Origin: Oopsacas minuta
Lineage: Eukaryota; Animalia; Porifera
Length of the DNA: 64,000 bases
Assembly (NCBI GenBank): GCA_024704765.1
Contig: JAKMXF010000325.1
Coordinates: 97,290 to 161,289, forward strand
Direction of reading: 5' to 3'
Below the pieces are notes generated by a model that worked only from the letters and a program-made list of their open reading frames with translations, was not told where the DNA came from and did no database searches. Shown in pieces: positions 49,601 through 61,330 of the stretch (position 1 is its first letter; every line of letters begins with the position of its first letter). The position numbers and the translations under genes were made by a program.

Positions 49601-50302
49601 AGAGCTTTTGGCTCTTCGCTTCGCGATGAACTCGCGCATTGCGCCTCGAGGCATTCAACGGACAAACAAACAGACAAACAACTATTGAGATTTAATAATA
49701 TTGATGTTGTTTGCAATATTCAGACTCAGCATACTCGAGTATGCCAGTATAGTCGTTGAAAGCATGTTTCTACAACAATATTGATATTTGTTTACTTTAT
49801 GTACCTTTAAAGTAAACAAATATTGACAATATGTTGTTTACAATACCATATTCAGACTCAGCATACTCGATTACCCCAGCATAGTCGTTGAAAGAATGAT
49901 TCTACCTCAATTTTGAAATTTGTTTACTTTATATTCATAAAAACAACAATAAATTTACATATGAGAAACTTGAAAATGCGAAATTCGGCTACTTCAGCTA
50001 CTTACTTACCCCTGGGTAGCTGTTTAGAGCAAGCCTGTACGTATATTTTGAGATTTGGCTAATTTGTTTACTTATATGCACCAAAACAACAATAAATTTA
50101 CATATGATTAATCCAAAAGCGTGAAAATCGGATTCAGCATGTTCGATATATTTAGTGAAGTTTTATTGAATTCTATTTACTTCCTTGATAAACACGATAA
50201 ATACATAGTTATGCGACAATTTCAAAATTGCATACCTTAAATCCTTTCCTTGACAACGGACAAACAAACAAAGAAACAATCATTGAGATTTAATAATTTA
50301 GA
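49601..50302 (-). mobile_element. Helitron family B, longest copy (702 bp)
   Basis: Nearly identical termini to 10834-11382 with one extra internal sub-repeat; 5' A|TCtaaattattaaatctc. Confidence 0.78.
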
Positions 50303-50518
50303 TTTAGTATTCTTTTGTGGATTAACAAATCTATATTGTTCAGACATGGTAAATAGAAACAGGTTTATTCAACGTGAATTAACTACGGAAGTTAAGAAAT
50401 TTGGCTCATAATTCGTATTGCATTGAAGTAATATAATTTTGATTCCTCGAGTAATCTCCTCAACAGTATCGAAATACTTTTCCCTTCTCGGTTTGGTGTC
50501 TAGATACAGTCGAAAACT

Positions 50519-51165
50519 ATGCGATGTACTTGTGGGGAGTTAATGCCTGAAGGGCCATATCCTCGGCATCCAGGCTATATCTGGAGATGTCCTGTTTCAG
50601 GTCGCTAGAAGACTTGTTCCATTCGACACGGTTCACTTTTCGAGGCTTCTAATACTCCTCTTCCGATGATGCTCAATTTCTGTACTACATGTCGGAAGAT
50701 CTACAGGCGCACGTGTTCTTGGAAAAGCAGTTAGACTGGAGTCCAAACACAGTCGTAGATTGGAAGAACTTCATGAGAGATGTCTGTATTGGAGATCTCT
50801 TCAGTAAAGACATCTCTCATGAATTTCTTCCAATCTACGACTGTGTTAACTCCGAACCGATCGGAGGACTTGGTACGATTGTAGAGATAGACGAGCCCAA
50901 ATTGGGAAAGCGGAAATACAATCGCAGGAGACTTCTAACTGGTCAATGGGTATTTGGCATGTTTGAAACTGGAACTAATATAGCTGTCATGATAGTTGTG
51001 CCTGACCGTAGTCTGCTTCCAATCATCCAACAATATATACTACCTGGAACTACGATACACTCTGATGAGTGGGCTTCATATGCCATCCTACAATACACTA
51101 CTTATGTTAATCACATCGTCAATCACTCTCAGAATTTTGTTGAAGTACGATGGTGGGTCATTTAG
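50519..51165 (+). pseudogene. Merlin/IS1016 (ISXO2-like) transposase remnant
   Basis: MRCTCG...WRCP zinc-finger part; TVVDWKNFMRDVC; PIGGLGTIVEIDEPKLGKRKYNRRR...QWVFG; ILPGTTIHSDEWASY; VNHSQNFV. Confidence 0.85.
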
Positions 51166-51169
51166 GATT

Positions 51170-51850
51170 ATGTAGTAAGAATCTTTGGAAGTTTTACAGC
51201 AGAGAGATGTGTTGATGCAGTATCTAATAGATTGAACGAATTTGGAATAGATTTTGAGGCTGATATTATTGCTGTTACAACTGATGGCTGCTGAATTATG
51301 CCAACATTCTTTCGCTTAATTTCAACCCCCATCAATTGTGCTGCACACACGGGCTTCAACTCGTAATTGACGTATTGTATTAAAAGGATACTGTTTGTCC
51401 TGAGAAAATATCCCACTATTCAAGTGAAACGGACAAATGTGAACAGAATGAAACATTAGATGAAATGGAAGACTCAGATGGATTAAGAATTGTTGGTACT
51501 GAGTAGGAAAATGGATTGAATTTAATCTTGACATTTCTATCATAGTTAATAAAGTTCTTAGATTTGCAAAACTATTCAAGCGTTCTCCTCATAAAAACAA
51601 AATTTATGTTAAAAAAACACTCAATGGTTTCAGCTAATCCTTGATTGCAAAACTCATTGGAGTTCACTCTTAAAACATGCTCGATGGGATTGTTAAGATG
51701 CAGATACGAGTTCTAAAGACACTTCTTCACGGGTGTAAATTCTTTACGAAAAAATTAAAAAAATTATCAACGCAAAATGAGCGTATGGATTATGTGATAC
51801 AATTTATGTTGAGTAAGAAATTGCTATCTACTGACCTATGTGACGTATGG
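51170..51850 (+). pseudogene. ZBED-type hAT transposase remnant
   Basis: VRIFGSFTAE.C...RLNEFG....DIIAVTTDG; HQLC..H; LILDCKTHWSSL (D.xTRW motif); stops and frameshifts. Confidence 0.65.
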
Positions 51851-52474
51851 AAATTTTGTTTTCCAAATTTTAATTTTTGACCTGTTATTATCCCAATTAC
51901 TTTGGCTACAAATCTCAAAAATGTTGATGAGCTCAATATCTGGCTTGTGAATATTTGTATTACCGCTATTCAATATTTGCGACAATTTCTCAAAACATTA
52001 CGTACATCTAACTAACCTTGTCTGAGCTATGTTCGCTTATATGTGAATATCGGACATTTATTGAACATATCCCTCTCGATTTTTCAATTTTTCATAAATA
52101 ACCGAAACGGTTACTATATATCAATTTCTCTGTATTATTCATATGCATTATTATCGAAAAGTATGCTATGTATGGTTATAATAGTACCCATTACTAACAT
52201 TTGAGACTCTATTATTCGAGTTATGACTTTGAACAATGAACACCTATCCATATGTCATTCTCCGTACACGTATCTTGCCATCATCCGTCAATATGGACAT
52301 CCTTAAATGTTCTGAAGAAAGAACAAGCATTTTTAGCTGACAGGCCGAGATCCCCCAAAGAGAATGTGTTGTGTTGATCGTGAAGAATCGTTAAATACTT
52401 TAGTTAATGGTTATAGGCCAAGCATACATTCTTCATGAAGTGGTCATAACTAATTATCACAACAACACCAAATC

Positions 52475-52626
52475 CACAATATACTGGGGTAATCGAGTAT
52501 GCTGAGTCCTATTATGATATTGTCAACAACGTTAAGCATGACAGTTTATTCGCTTGAGGACCGTAGGCTCGAGTGCGGCCAGGGAGTGTTTGCAAACGCG
52601 TAGCGCGAGCAAGCGAAGCGCGCTCG
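52475..52626 (+). mobile_element. Helitron family B 3' fragment
   Basis: ggggtaatcgagtatgctgagtc followed by ggctcgagtgcgg...gtttgcaaacgcgtagcgcgagcaagcgaagcgcgCTCG|t. Confidence 0.62.
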
Positions 52627-53984
52627 TTAATATTATTCAGGAAATATGTACTTATACAACCATGATCGGGGAAACAAGGTTTTGACTGGGATTAGTAATA
52701 GCCTTAAATCATTAATCATGTCACGAATTGTATGTATTCCAAGAGTTTACACTAAACCTCGTAAGATTTGATCTCGATATAATGTTATTCTAATACTATT
52801 TACATATTACATTATTCAATCAGCATATAATTGGAAACATGCCCCTCAAGGTAATAATTATCATGAATATTATTACTAGGAGCCAAAATCGGATAATCTA
52901 CGCCTCAAGTCACCTCTGTGTACATGATGAAACATTGTATCTAGGCTCATTTTCATTTATAATTTAGGTGTGAACATGATTAATCACCGAAAAGGTGTGA
53001 AATATTCACTTCAGACAAAATTCTTCCCCAGTACCTCCTCTTTACATAAAAGCGTAACTATGAATCAATTTTAGCATCGATTTAAATTGTTTTAATAAAA
53101 ATTCATTTATTTGAAATTATTCAAATTTTCAAATTTTGAAGATCCTCTATTTTCAAATGTTATCCTGGCATAATCGGCTATAACTAAAAAATATGAAATA
53201 TTTTGGCATAAAAATTTTACAGAAGAATTTACAAGATAGTGTTTAGTTCAAAAATGCAATATTATAGAATTTCTGAATTCGATCAATGTATTCTATTATT
53301 TCCTCAATATACCCAAACTAGAACCTTAAATGATTTTGAATCTGGCAGAATAAGAATTTTTAAGAGAACAATTTGACATATTGATATTTATATATCTGAA
53401 TTGCTGGTATATATTATCATTTCTTGTTTAGTCATTGTATTCAGATTTCGGTACAATTACACTAATGTACCTCTTTTTATTGGTAAAGATATCAAATCAC
53501 TGCTAATAGATTTAAATAGAGTATGTTCAGAGAGGGGTACAATTACACTAATGTACCTCTTTTTATTGGTAAGAGATATCAAATCACTGCTAATAGATTT
53601 GAATAGAGTATGTTCAGAGAAGAATATTAATCGAAAGAAATTCAAAATCGGATGAATACTGACAAAGTTGCAACATTTTTGGCTACTAAGCCAAATCCTA
53701 TGGAGAAAATTGTATTATCGAATTGACCCAAATAATATTAATAGAATTGCTTGCATTAGACTATGCAATATAATTGGATGTGTATATTGCATATTGAGGT
53801 TAACGAGTACGAGATTTTGAGCTCAGCTTAACTACGACTGTAACAATGTAACAAAAGGAATGCGAAACCACAGAAATATACTGTGGCAAGCTAACCTTAT
53901 CATACTGATATTACATTTTGCATTCGTCAACATAAATATAGTATTTTCCATTTATCACTTTAGAATTCATTCAAACACGAATCC

Positions 53985-54929
53985 ATGGCTGCTGCTTCAC
54001 TAACATTTACCCCGATGTTAATGCCAATTATTTTTCCAGATATTGGTGTTGTTCCGTTGAAAAGATTTTACCAAAGCATAGTTACTGACCAGGATGCAGT
54101 CATCAGATGGTTGCAAGAAAATGGCCTTCTGGCAAGGGGAATAGTATGTAAATGCGGAAGATTAATGAAGATAGGGAAATTTTCCCATGCTGCTGAAGAG
54201 CTAGGTTGGAGGTGCATGGAGAAAGCATGTAGAAAGGTAGCGTCACTTAGGGTAGGTCCTTTCTTTGAGTCCTCTAACCTAAAACTCATAGAGTTTATCT
54301 TTCTCTGGTCAAAGGATTATCAGACCACAGAAACTTTTGAAGAAAATTTAGGATGGTCAAGGTCCACGATTACAGGTTGGAAAAACTATATGCGTGACCT
54401 TTGTGTAACAAGGTATTTATCGTACCTCGAGCCTATAGAAGGACCAGGAGAAATTGTGGAAATTGATGAAAGCAAATTTGGTAATCATAAATATAGTCGT
54501 GGTAGGTTATTATCTGGCCAATGGGTGTTTGGTGGAGTTTGTAGGGGAACTAGTGACATGTTTATGATACCAGTTGCAGAAAGATCGGCTTCTACACTTA
54601 TTCCATTGATTAACGAATTTATTCGCCCAGGAAGTACGAAGTATCATAATGTCTGACAAATGGGCTTCCTATAATCAAATACACCCCGGAACATTTCCTC
54701 ATTATACATTTAATCATAGCGAAAATTTTGTGGACCCAACAACAGGCACGCATATGCAAACCATTGAATCGGCTTAGGGACATCTTAAAAAAAGAAGCAG
54801 AAATTCGATGACAACTAATCCGGAACTCCTCGATACTTATCTGGCAGAACATTGCTGGAGGAAGAAAAATTGTTCAACAGTTTCAAGAACATCATTTCAG
54901 AAATTAGGTCACAGTATCCTGTAGTATAG
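53985..54929 (+). pseudogene. Merlin (ISXO2-like DDE) transposase, disrupted
   Basis: CKCG...WRC...C zinc finger; GPGEIVEIDESKFG..KYSRGR...QWVFGG; after a frameshift at ~54640 IMSDKWASY...NHSENFVDP.TG.HMQTIESA*; further frameshift near 54870. Confidence 0.88.
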
Positions 54930-55006
54930 TATCTCAATTTAGATATTATTATAATGCATGTAATTCCTTGTTTACTGTGTAGATTTGTTATAAATTCTTA
55001 TGTGTA

Positions 55007-56316
55007 CAGGGTGACAAATAAGTTCTGTCCCATATGTTTGATGTAGTGTAGTTCCTTATTAAAGAACCAGATTAAACAGTTATAGTGTAAGATAAGTAAC
55101 AATGTATATATTTAAAGTATTCAATGGTAATCTGTACATTCTGAACAAGCTAAAAGATTCTAGGAAAAATGGAGAAGAATAGGGTGGCTATTGTTAAATT
55201 ATATTTGCAAGGGAAAAGTCAAAGCGAAATATTGAAGATTCTCAATTTCCCCATGTCGCGCAGGAAATTGATATATCGTACTATTAAAAGATATAAGGAC
55301 ACTGGTAGTACCTCAGACAGGCAGAGAAGTGGACGTCCAACATCTGCGACCACTACCCAGAAGAGAAAGGTTATCCGTAGTCGGATTCAGCGAAATCCGC
55401 AACGTTCGATGCGAAAAATGGCGCTAGAACTCAAAATATCAAGAGAATCGGTCCGAACAATTGTGAAGAGCGATATGGGCCTATTTCCTTACAAAAAGAG
55501 GAAGGTTCACTTTATTTCGCCACAGATTAAAGAAAAGAGACTAGCCAGGAGCAAGGCCTTACTCGCCCGGCTCGCAAGTTTTGGCCTTGATGAAATTTTA
55601 TTCTCGGATGAGAAATTATTCACGGTCGAGCAGGCGTACAATCGTCAAAACGATCGAGTATTGTCTCTTCTCCATCTTCCATACCACAAGAGTATCGATG
55701 CGTCCAAAGAGTTCAGCATCCTCAGTCAGTGATGGTTTGGGCGGGGGTGTCCGCAAAAGGCCGTACCCCACTGGTTTTCATCCCACCGGGCGTAAAAATA
55801 AACGCTGTTAAATATCAGGAGCTCGTTTTAGACCCAATAGTGAGAGGCCTTGGTAAGACCATGTTCAATAATTGTCCATTTTTATTCCAGCAAGACGGTG
55901 CGCCAGCCCACACAGCGAAAGTCAACCAACAGTGGTTACGAAACAATATCCCAGACTTCATCTCCAAGGAGGAATGGCCTCCTTCCAGCCCAGATCTCAA
56001 CCCGATGGACTTCTCGTTGTGGTCGATATTGGAGACAAATGCGTGCACTACTTCCCATAAGAGTATCAAGTCTCTAAAAACGTCTTTATCCCGAGAATGG
56101 GCAAAATCCCGCAGGAAAAGTTGCGTGCCGCTGTCGAGTCCGTCCCCAAGCGGCTAAGAGCTGTCATCAAAAAGAAAGGGGGCTATATCGAACAATTGAA
56201 TATATTATGAATCTATATTTAGTTTGCTAAGTTATAGCATAATTTCAAGTCAATATCTTAGTTCATAGCTTAGTTATAATAAATTTTCAATGGGACAGAA
56301 CTTATTTGTCACCCTG
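55007..56316 (+). mobile_element. DD37D (maT) Tc1/mariner element nested in the Merlin 3' region
   Basis: 27-bp identical TIRs cagggtgacaaataagttctgtcccat, TA TSD; transposase 55169-56210 with FSDEK...QQD-37aa-D; two single frameshifts (~55665, ~56105). Confidence 0.92.
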
Positions 56317-56706
56317 TATATATTGTATGTAACTAGCTACAGAAGTATATTTCTGTGGTTTCGCATTCCTTTTGTTACATTGTTACAGTCGTAGTTAAGC
56401 TGAGCTCAAAATCTCGTACTCGTTAACCTCAATATGCAATATACACATCCAATTATATTGCATAGTCTAATGCAAGCAATTCTATTAGTATTATTTGGGT
56501 CAATTCGATAATACAATTTTCTCCATAGGATTTGGCTTAGTAGCCAAAAATGTTGCAACTTTGTCAGTATTCATCCGATTTTGAATTTCTTTCGATTAAT
56601 ATTCTTCTCTGAACATACTCTATTCAAATCTATTAGCAGTGATTTGATATCTCTTACCAATAAAAAGAAGTACATTAGTGTAATTGTACCCAGATTTCAA
56701 TATTTA

Positions 56707-57928
56707 ATGTTATCAAAGAGAGGTAAACAAATCACATTAATTCTAACACTCACAATTCTCGCTGGACTGATAATATACAAACTTTCAGCTATATCATCGC
56801 AGAAGATCTCCATTCTAAAAAGCTTCAAAACTGGCAAAGAAGAAGAAGAAGCTGAGAAAGTTAGTATTTGCTCTTTCAATCAATCATGGATCGATTACAG
56901 AAATAACTGGGATGGTACAATTTTGATAGAAATCCAAGGTAAACAAATACTCCTTACAGATGAATACGTCGAAGCAATGATATGTAAAGGTCAACACCCT
57001 CTGACAAGACTATCCCAAGTTTTTGGAGCGTAGTAACTCTGTTAAAGAAAAATGTAAGGAAATACAAGGCGAAATGAACTATAAACTCAATGTTGGGTCT
57101 GATGCTTATTTCATTCGATTTAATGATGATTATGAGGTGTTAAATTGTGTGGTACCGAAGGCAGGGTCCAGGACTTGGGCCAACAAATTCGCAAATATGT
57201 TAAAGTATGATGGAGAATTGAACTATTCAATTATGCAAAAATATAATATCTTCGAATATTTGAGTCAGTCTACTGATACAGCACGTCGCGTACAGACATA
57301 CACCAAATTCATCATCTACAGACACCCGCTCGAACGGCTGGTCTCAGCTTATGGAGACAAAATGGCAGGTAATCGGAATAAATTCAATTTCGCTGTTCAA
57401 TACGCTAAGCAGATCATTACAGTGAATTATCTGGAGGATAATACAAAAGCTGGGAACTATGCTAAGCTGTCATTAGAAGAAAAGCAAGAAATTAAGAAAC
57501 AGCAACAACGTATGAAATTACCAGGAGCAGAGTTGAACATAACGTTTTTAGAGTTTGTTACATGGGTCACTAGCTTCCTGGATAAGAATATGTTGTATGC
57601 ATTAGATATTCATTGGACTCCAGTCACTAAACTGTGTAATCCTTGTGTTACATTTTATGACATTCTTATAGACCATGATTTCATCAATGAAGAATCACAA
57701 ATATTGGTTGATTATCTCCAGGAAAACAAAAAATCGAACCCTCCCATCTATTTCGAAGAATATCCAAGAATAGCTACACGTGATAAGTGTAATGAGTATT
57801 TCCGTAGAATTCCACAGAATCTCCGTGAGAAACTGCATAAGATATATCTTAATGATTTCATCCTATTCGGCTATACATACAATGGAGATAGTCAAGACTA
57901 TGCTTGTGAGGAGAAAAATAGTGACTAG
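56707..57928 (+). CDS. Carbohydrate sulfotransferase (Sulfotransfer_2; CHST8-14/HNK-1ST type), type II membrane protein, with a +1 frame discontinuity at ~57000
   Basis: ATG 56707, short basic tail and TM (KQITLILTLTILAGLIIYK); 5'-PSB VPKAGSRTW, 3'-PB RHPLERLVSAY.DK, HW.P...LC.PC and Y..DF.LFGY in the second frame. Either a pseudogene/assembly error or a cryptic micro-intron. Confidence 0.82.
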
Positions 57929-58259
57929 TAACAGAAATTTGGAATACTAATACTGTATACTACAGTGTGTCTCATAATATATCATAGCCTACTCTACATA
58001 AGACTAACAGTGACTTGTGGATTTTGTACCAGGATGCATAAGTCGCGTGTAATTACTACTCAATCATATTTGTTTTAAAATTATATTTTAATTTTGTATT
58101 TATAAACATCCATAACCTTTTAACCTGGCTTGCTTGATATATTTCCAAAAGATTATTTTTGTGACTGTTATATAATCACTTTTCTTTAGATGTCTTTCGT
58201 TCTCTTGCTCTAACTGTGCGATTACCTTTACTATTACTAGCTTCTACACATATTTCAAG

Positions 58260-58650
58260 ATGCCTATCAATTGTTCAGCCCCCGGCTGCAGAATTAACTC
58301 TGATAAAGAAGAGAGAATTCCCGTGTTCAAGATGCCACAGAAACCTGGTGAACTTAGACACGCCCGACTACATGCTCTACACAGGGAAGATATAGAAGCA
58401 GAAGTTGTATATGTCTGCGTGAAGCATTTTCGAGAAGATGTCGAATATACTTTCAGAGCACTGAATGGATACGGTAGTTATCGTGAAATTCCGCGAAGGC
58501 ACCTCAAGCTCAAGAAGGTGTAGTTCCAGCTTTTCTACCAGGATTTACAGATTACTATTTATCCCACTCTGCTACCAAACATACCCGTCTCTCTCAAGAG
58601 CCCAAAGATGATGAACTCCTCAATCAAGCTGTAACGCTCAGTCTGAGATA
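58260..58650 (+). pseudogene. THAP-domain (P-element-like) transposase N-terminal remnant
   Basis: C-x4-C (CSAPGC), VFKMP, VCVKHF, then after a frameshift (E)GVVPAF: the THAP C2CH signature with the AVP-like motif; stops follow. Confidence 0.75.
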
Positions 58651-59839
58651 AGAGATAGAAGAAAATGAAAGGTTCTTGATCAAGAGTTTCCAGGATTTAC
58701 AAGCTAAGTTATCCTTCCTTTCTATAGCTAAAACGTGGTCATGATGGTACCCAAATGAGCGTAATTTGATTTTTATGTGTCTTGTTATGGCTAATAATAA
58801 TATTATAGCTGATACATAATTATTAGTAGAATTAGATTTGACTATTTACTAGAGTTATGGATTTGATGCATCTTAATTGTGAAATGATTTGATTTGGATT
58901 TGATTTAATGTTTAACTGTCAAATCCTTTTTAATTTTGGTGGCTGGTGTTGGTATTAACGTGAATACTTATCTTTGTAATACAGTAGTATATATAATATC
59001 TAAGTTGTTTAATACGTCTTTTAATGGAAATGCATTACGTTTAATACTTATTATACGTTACACACGTATTACTCAACTTGGTATTATATCCGGCGCCGCT
59101 CCACTTTGTTACAGACACAATGTTAACACTATGCGGAATAAACGGCTGAACTGTTCCAATTTGAATTACCACAATGACAATGGCTGCACCACTTTTGGTG
59201 AGCTTCCGACGCCACTGCATTCCATTCATAGAAGTGGCGGGTTATATAAAGAATAATAATAGTAGTATACAACAAATCTTTACGATTCAAGAACCTTTCT
59301 ACGAAACTATTAGTCAACCACCAAACGAAGAACCCGATAATACTCCAGATGTCACAATCAATACCACAATTACAACAGATTTAGATTATACTAGCTCAGA
59401 AAATTCAAATGATCATCTCTAAACCAACATGATTGCATAGCCTGTCAGTAATCAACACTTTCAGAAACCACCATTGCTCAAATCCACTTTATATAGTAAC
59501 TCCCATAAATAATATTAGTAAGCTCATATACGCTTTATCATCCCTTTGTTACTCAGAATTCTAGAAAATTCCTTCAAACCATAGAATGGCAGCAATCAGC
59601 TATATTAGTACTCTTGTTGTGTTTGTACTGAATAAATAGCCTGCGAAACATATTTTGTTATTGTCTACTACTATAAACCTCTTACATATACTCTTTAGTT
59701 AATAATAATAATGTAATGTTCTTCTCAACCGTATTTAAAACAGATGTATTAAATGCGACTTACAGTATGTCAGTTCTAGGTAAACCATGCACTTGAGAAT
59801 AAAACATGAACAAATACATTCAGTTAAAATTTACCTGTT

Positions 59840-60000
59840 TGCAATCTTAAATAGTTTAAATTCTTCTTAAATAGGTTGGTGTTCTGACATGATTTAATCT
59901 TAATGGGAAGTACATTCCACAGCTCAGGGGAGATATATGAAATGCACTTTTGCCAACATTATCAAGATTTATTCGTGGCTTTTCTAACATCATCATTTCA
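59840..60000 (-). mobile_element. LINE ORF2 3'-end remnant
   Basis: Minus strand GKSAFH...ELWNVLPIKIKSCQNTNLFKKNL, typical CR1/L2 ORF2 C-terminus. Confidence 0.55.
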
Positions 60001-61330
60001 TTAGAACAGTGCTTTTAAGAATAGATTGCAGCTTTTTATATCTCTATCTGGAAGTCCAGCGACTAGAATATTACCGTAGTCAAGAGACGAGATAATAAAA
60101 TATTCTGAAAGTGTAACCAGTCTAGAGTAGAGCCAATAGCATGACTGAATCGATCAATAGCATTTGCTATCGTGTTATATGTAAACAAATATAAAGTTGA
60201 CTATCGTCGCTGGGCGTAACAAGAGATCCCAGATCGAGGAGGCAAGGATGGATATTGCCTCAATATAATGGCGATTACAATAGGGAGCTGAGGCAACGCC
60301 CGAAAAGACGAGGAAGCAACTGCCTCCTGTGCCTCAATGGTAGTTTTAGTGTATTAGGATGCTATGGATAGACATTTTACTGCGATCAGTAAATATGTGT
60401 CTCGTGCTTCTTCTACCTTCTTCTAATAATTCGCACTATCGAGAGCTGGATCAGTAAATGTCTTACACTCTTATCTACTCGTTAGCTACAACCACGATGC
60501 TTTCAAAACTAAATTTTAAGAGAACAACTCCAATATTTCAATTAGATAAATACCACATTACAAGGATTAATTGATGAGGGAACTTTTAATGAAAACTTGT
60601 TGATTTTTATAAAAGTGTGTTATTGAAAAAATTAAGTTTGCAATTTTATATTTTTTGTCGAATTTCTAGTTAACAATTTCGTAGTTGATATTCATTTGAG
60701 TCTGGCATATCTGGCATTTTCCCGAAGTTAACTGAGGTATGAAAATAGGATTATTCTACGGACGGAAGTTGCGTGAACTGTAACGGTAAGTCTGTAAAAG
60801 TACTATGAACAAGACAACACATACTTTGCTAATGAAAGGTTTGTCCAAGTTGAAACAGAACTTATGTAGCTAATCTATTTGAACATTCCTTGTACAAATG
60901 TATACAACATTCACATATATACAATGAGGCAATGTACACATTTGGCATAGAAAGTTTTCAAGAAATAATTTCTAGATTCGAAGTTACAGTAGAAAGGTAA
61001 CGAATGTTGTGGTAAATAGGGCTTGTCGTCCAGGGGCAAAGGCCCTGAACCCTACTGGGAGGCTTACCGCCCCCGCTAAGGGCTGATTACCTGTTTATTT
61101 ACGTGGCCGTCCACAAATTCAGTTTAAACTTTGGTAATTTAATATGGATTTTCCATCTACTTATATATTCTCTAAGAAATCACTGTTTAAATTAGTTATA
61201 CTTAGAAATAATTAACAACAGTAATTAATTAATTATCTTACTAGGCAGATACACATCATATCTATACTAGTAATATTATCAACGAATAACTTATAAATAG
61301 TTCACTTACTATATCTCAGTTTAGTAGTAA

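Larger units (their letters stand above)
53450..56690 (+). mobile_element. Complete Merlin transposon with 347-bp TIRs, carrying a nested maT element
   Basis: GG-initiated termini GGTACAATTACACTAATGTAC; TIR 53536-53882 versus 56344-56690 (about 2 mismatches); extra 86-bp terminal unit at the left end (53450-53535); perfect 8-bp TSD CAGATTTC (53442-53449, 56691-56698). Confidence 0.93.

Noticed and set aside
56581-56706. N-terminal 42 aa of the 56581-57033 ORF as part of the sulfotransferase
   Set aside because: It is encoded by the Merlin TIR (the same peptide appears at 53457-53645 on the minus strand) and starts at TTG; the first ATG is 56707.
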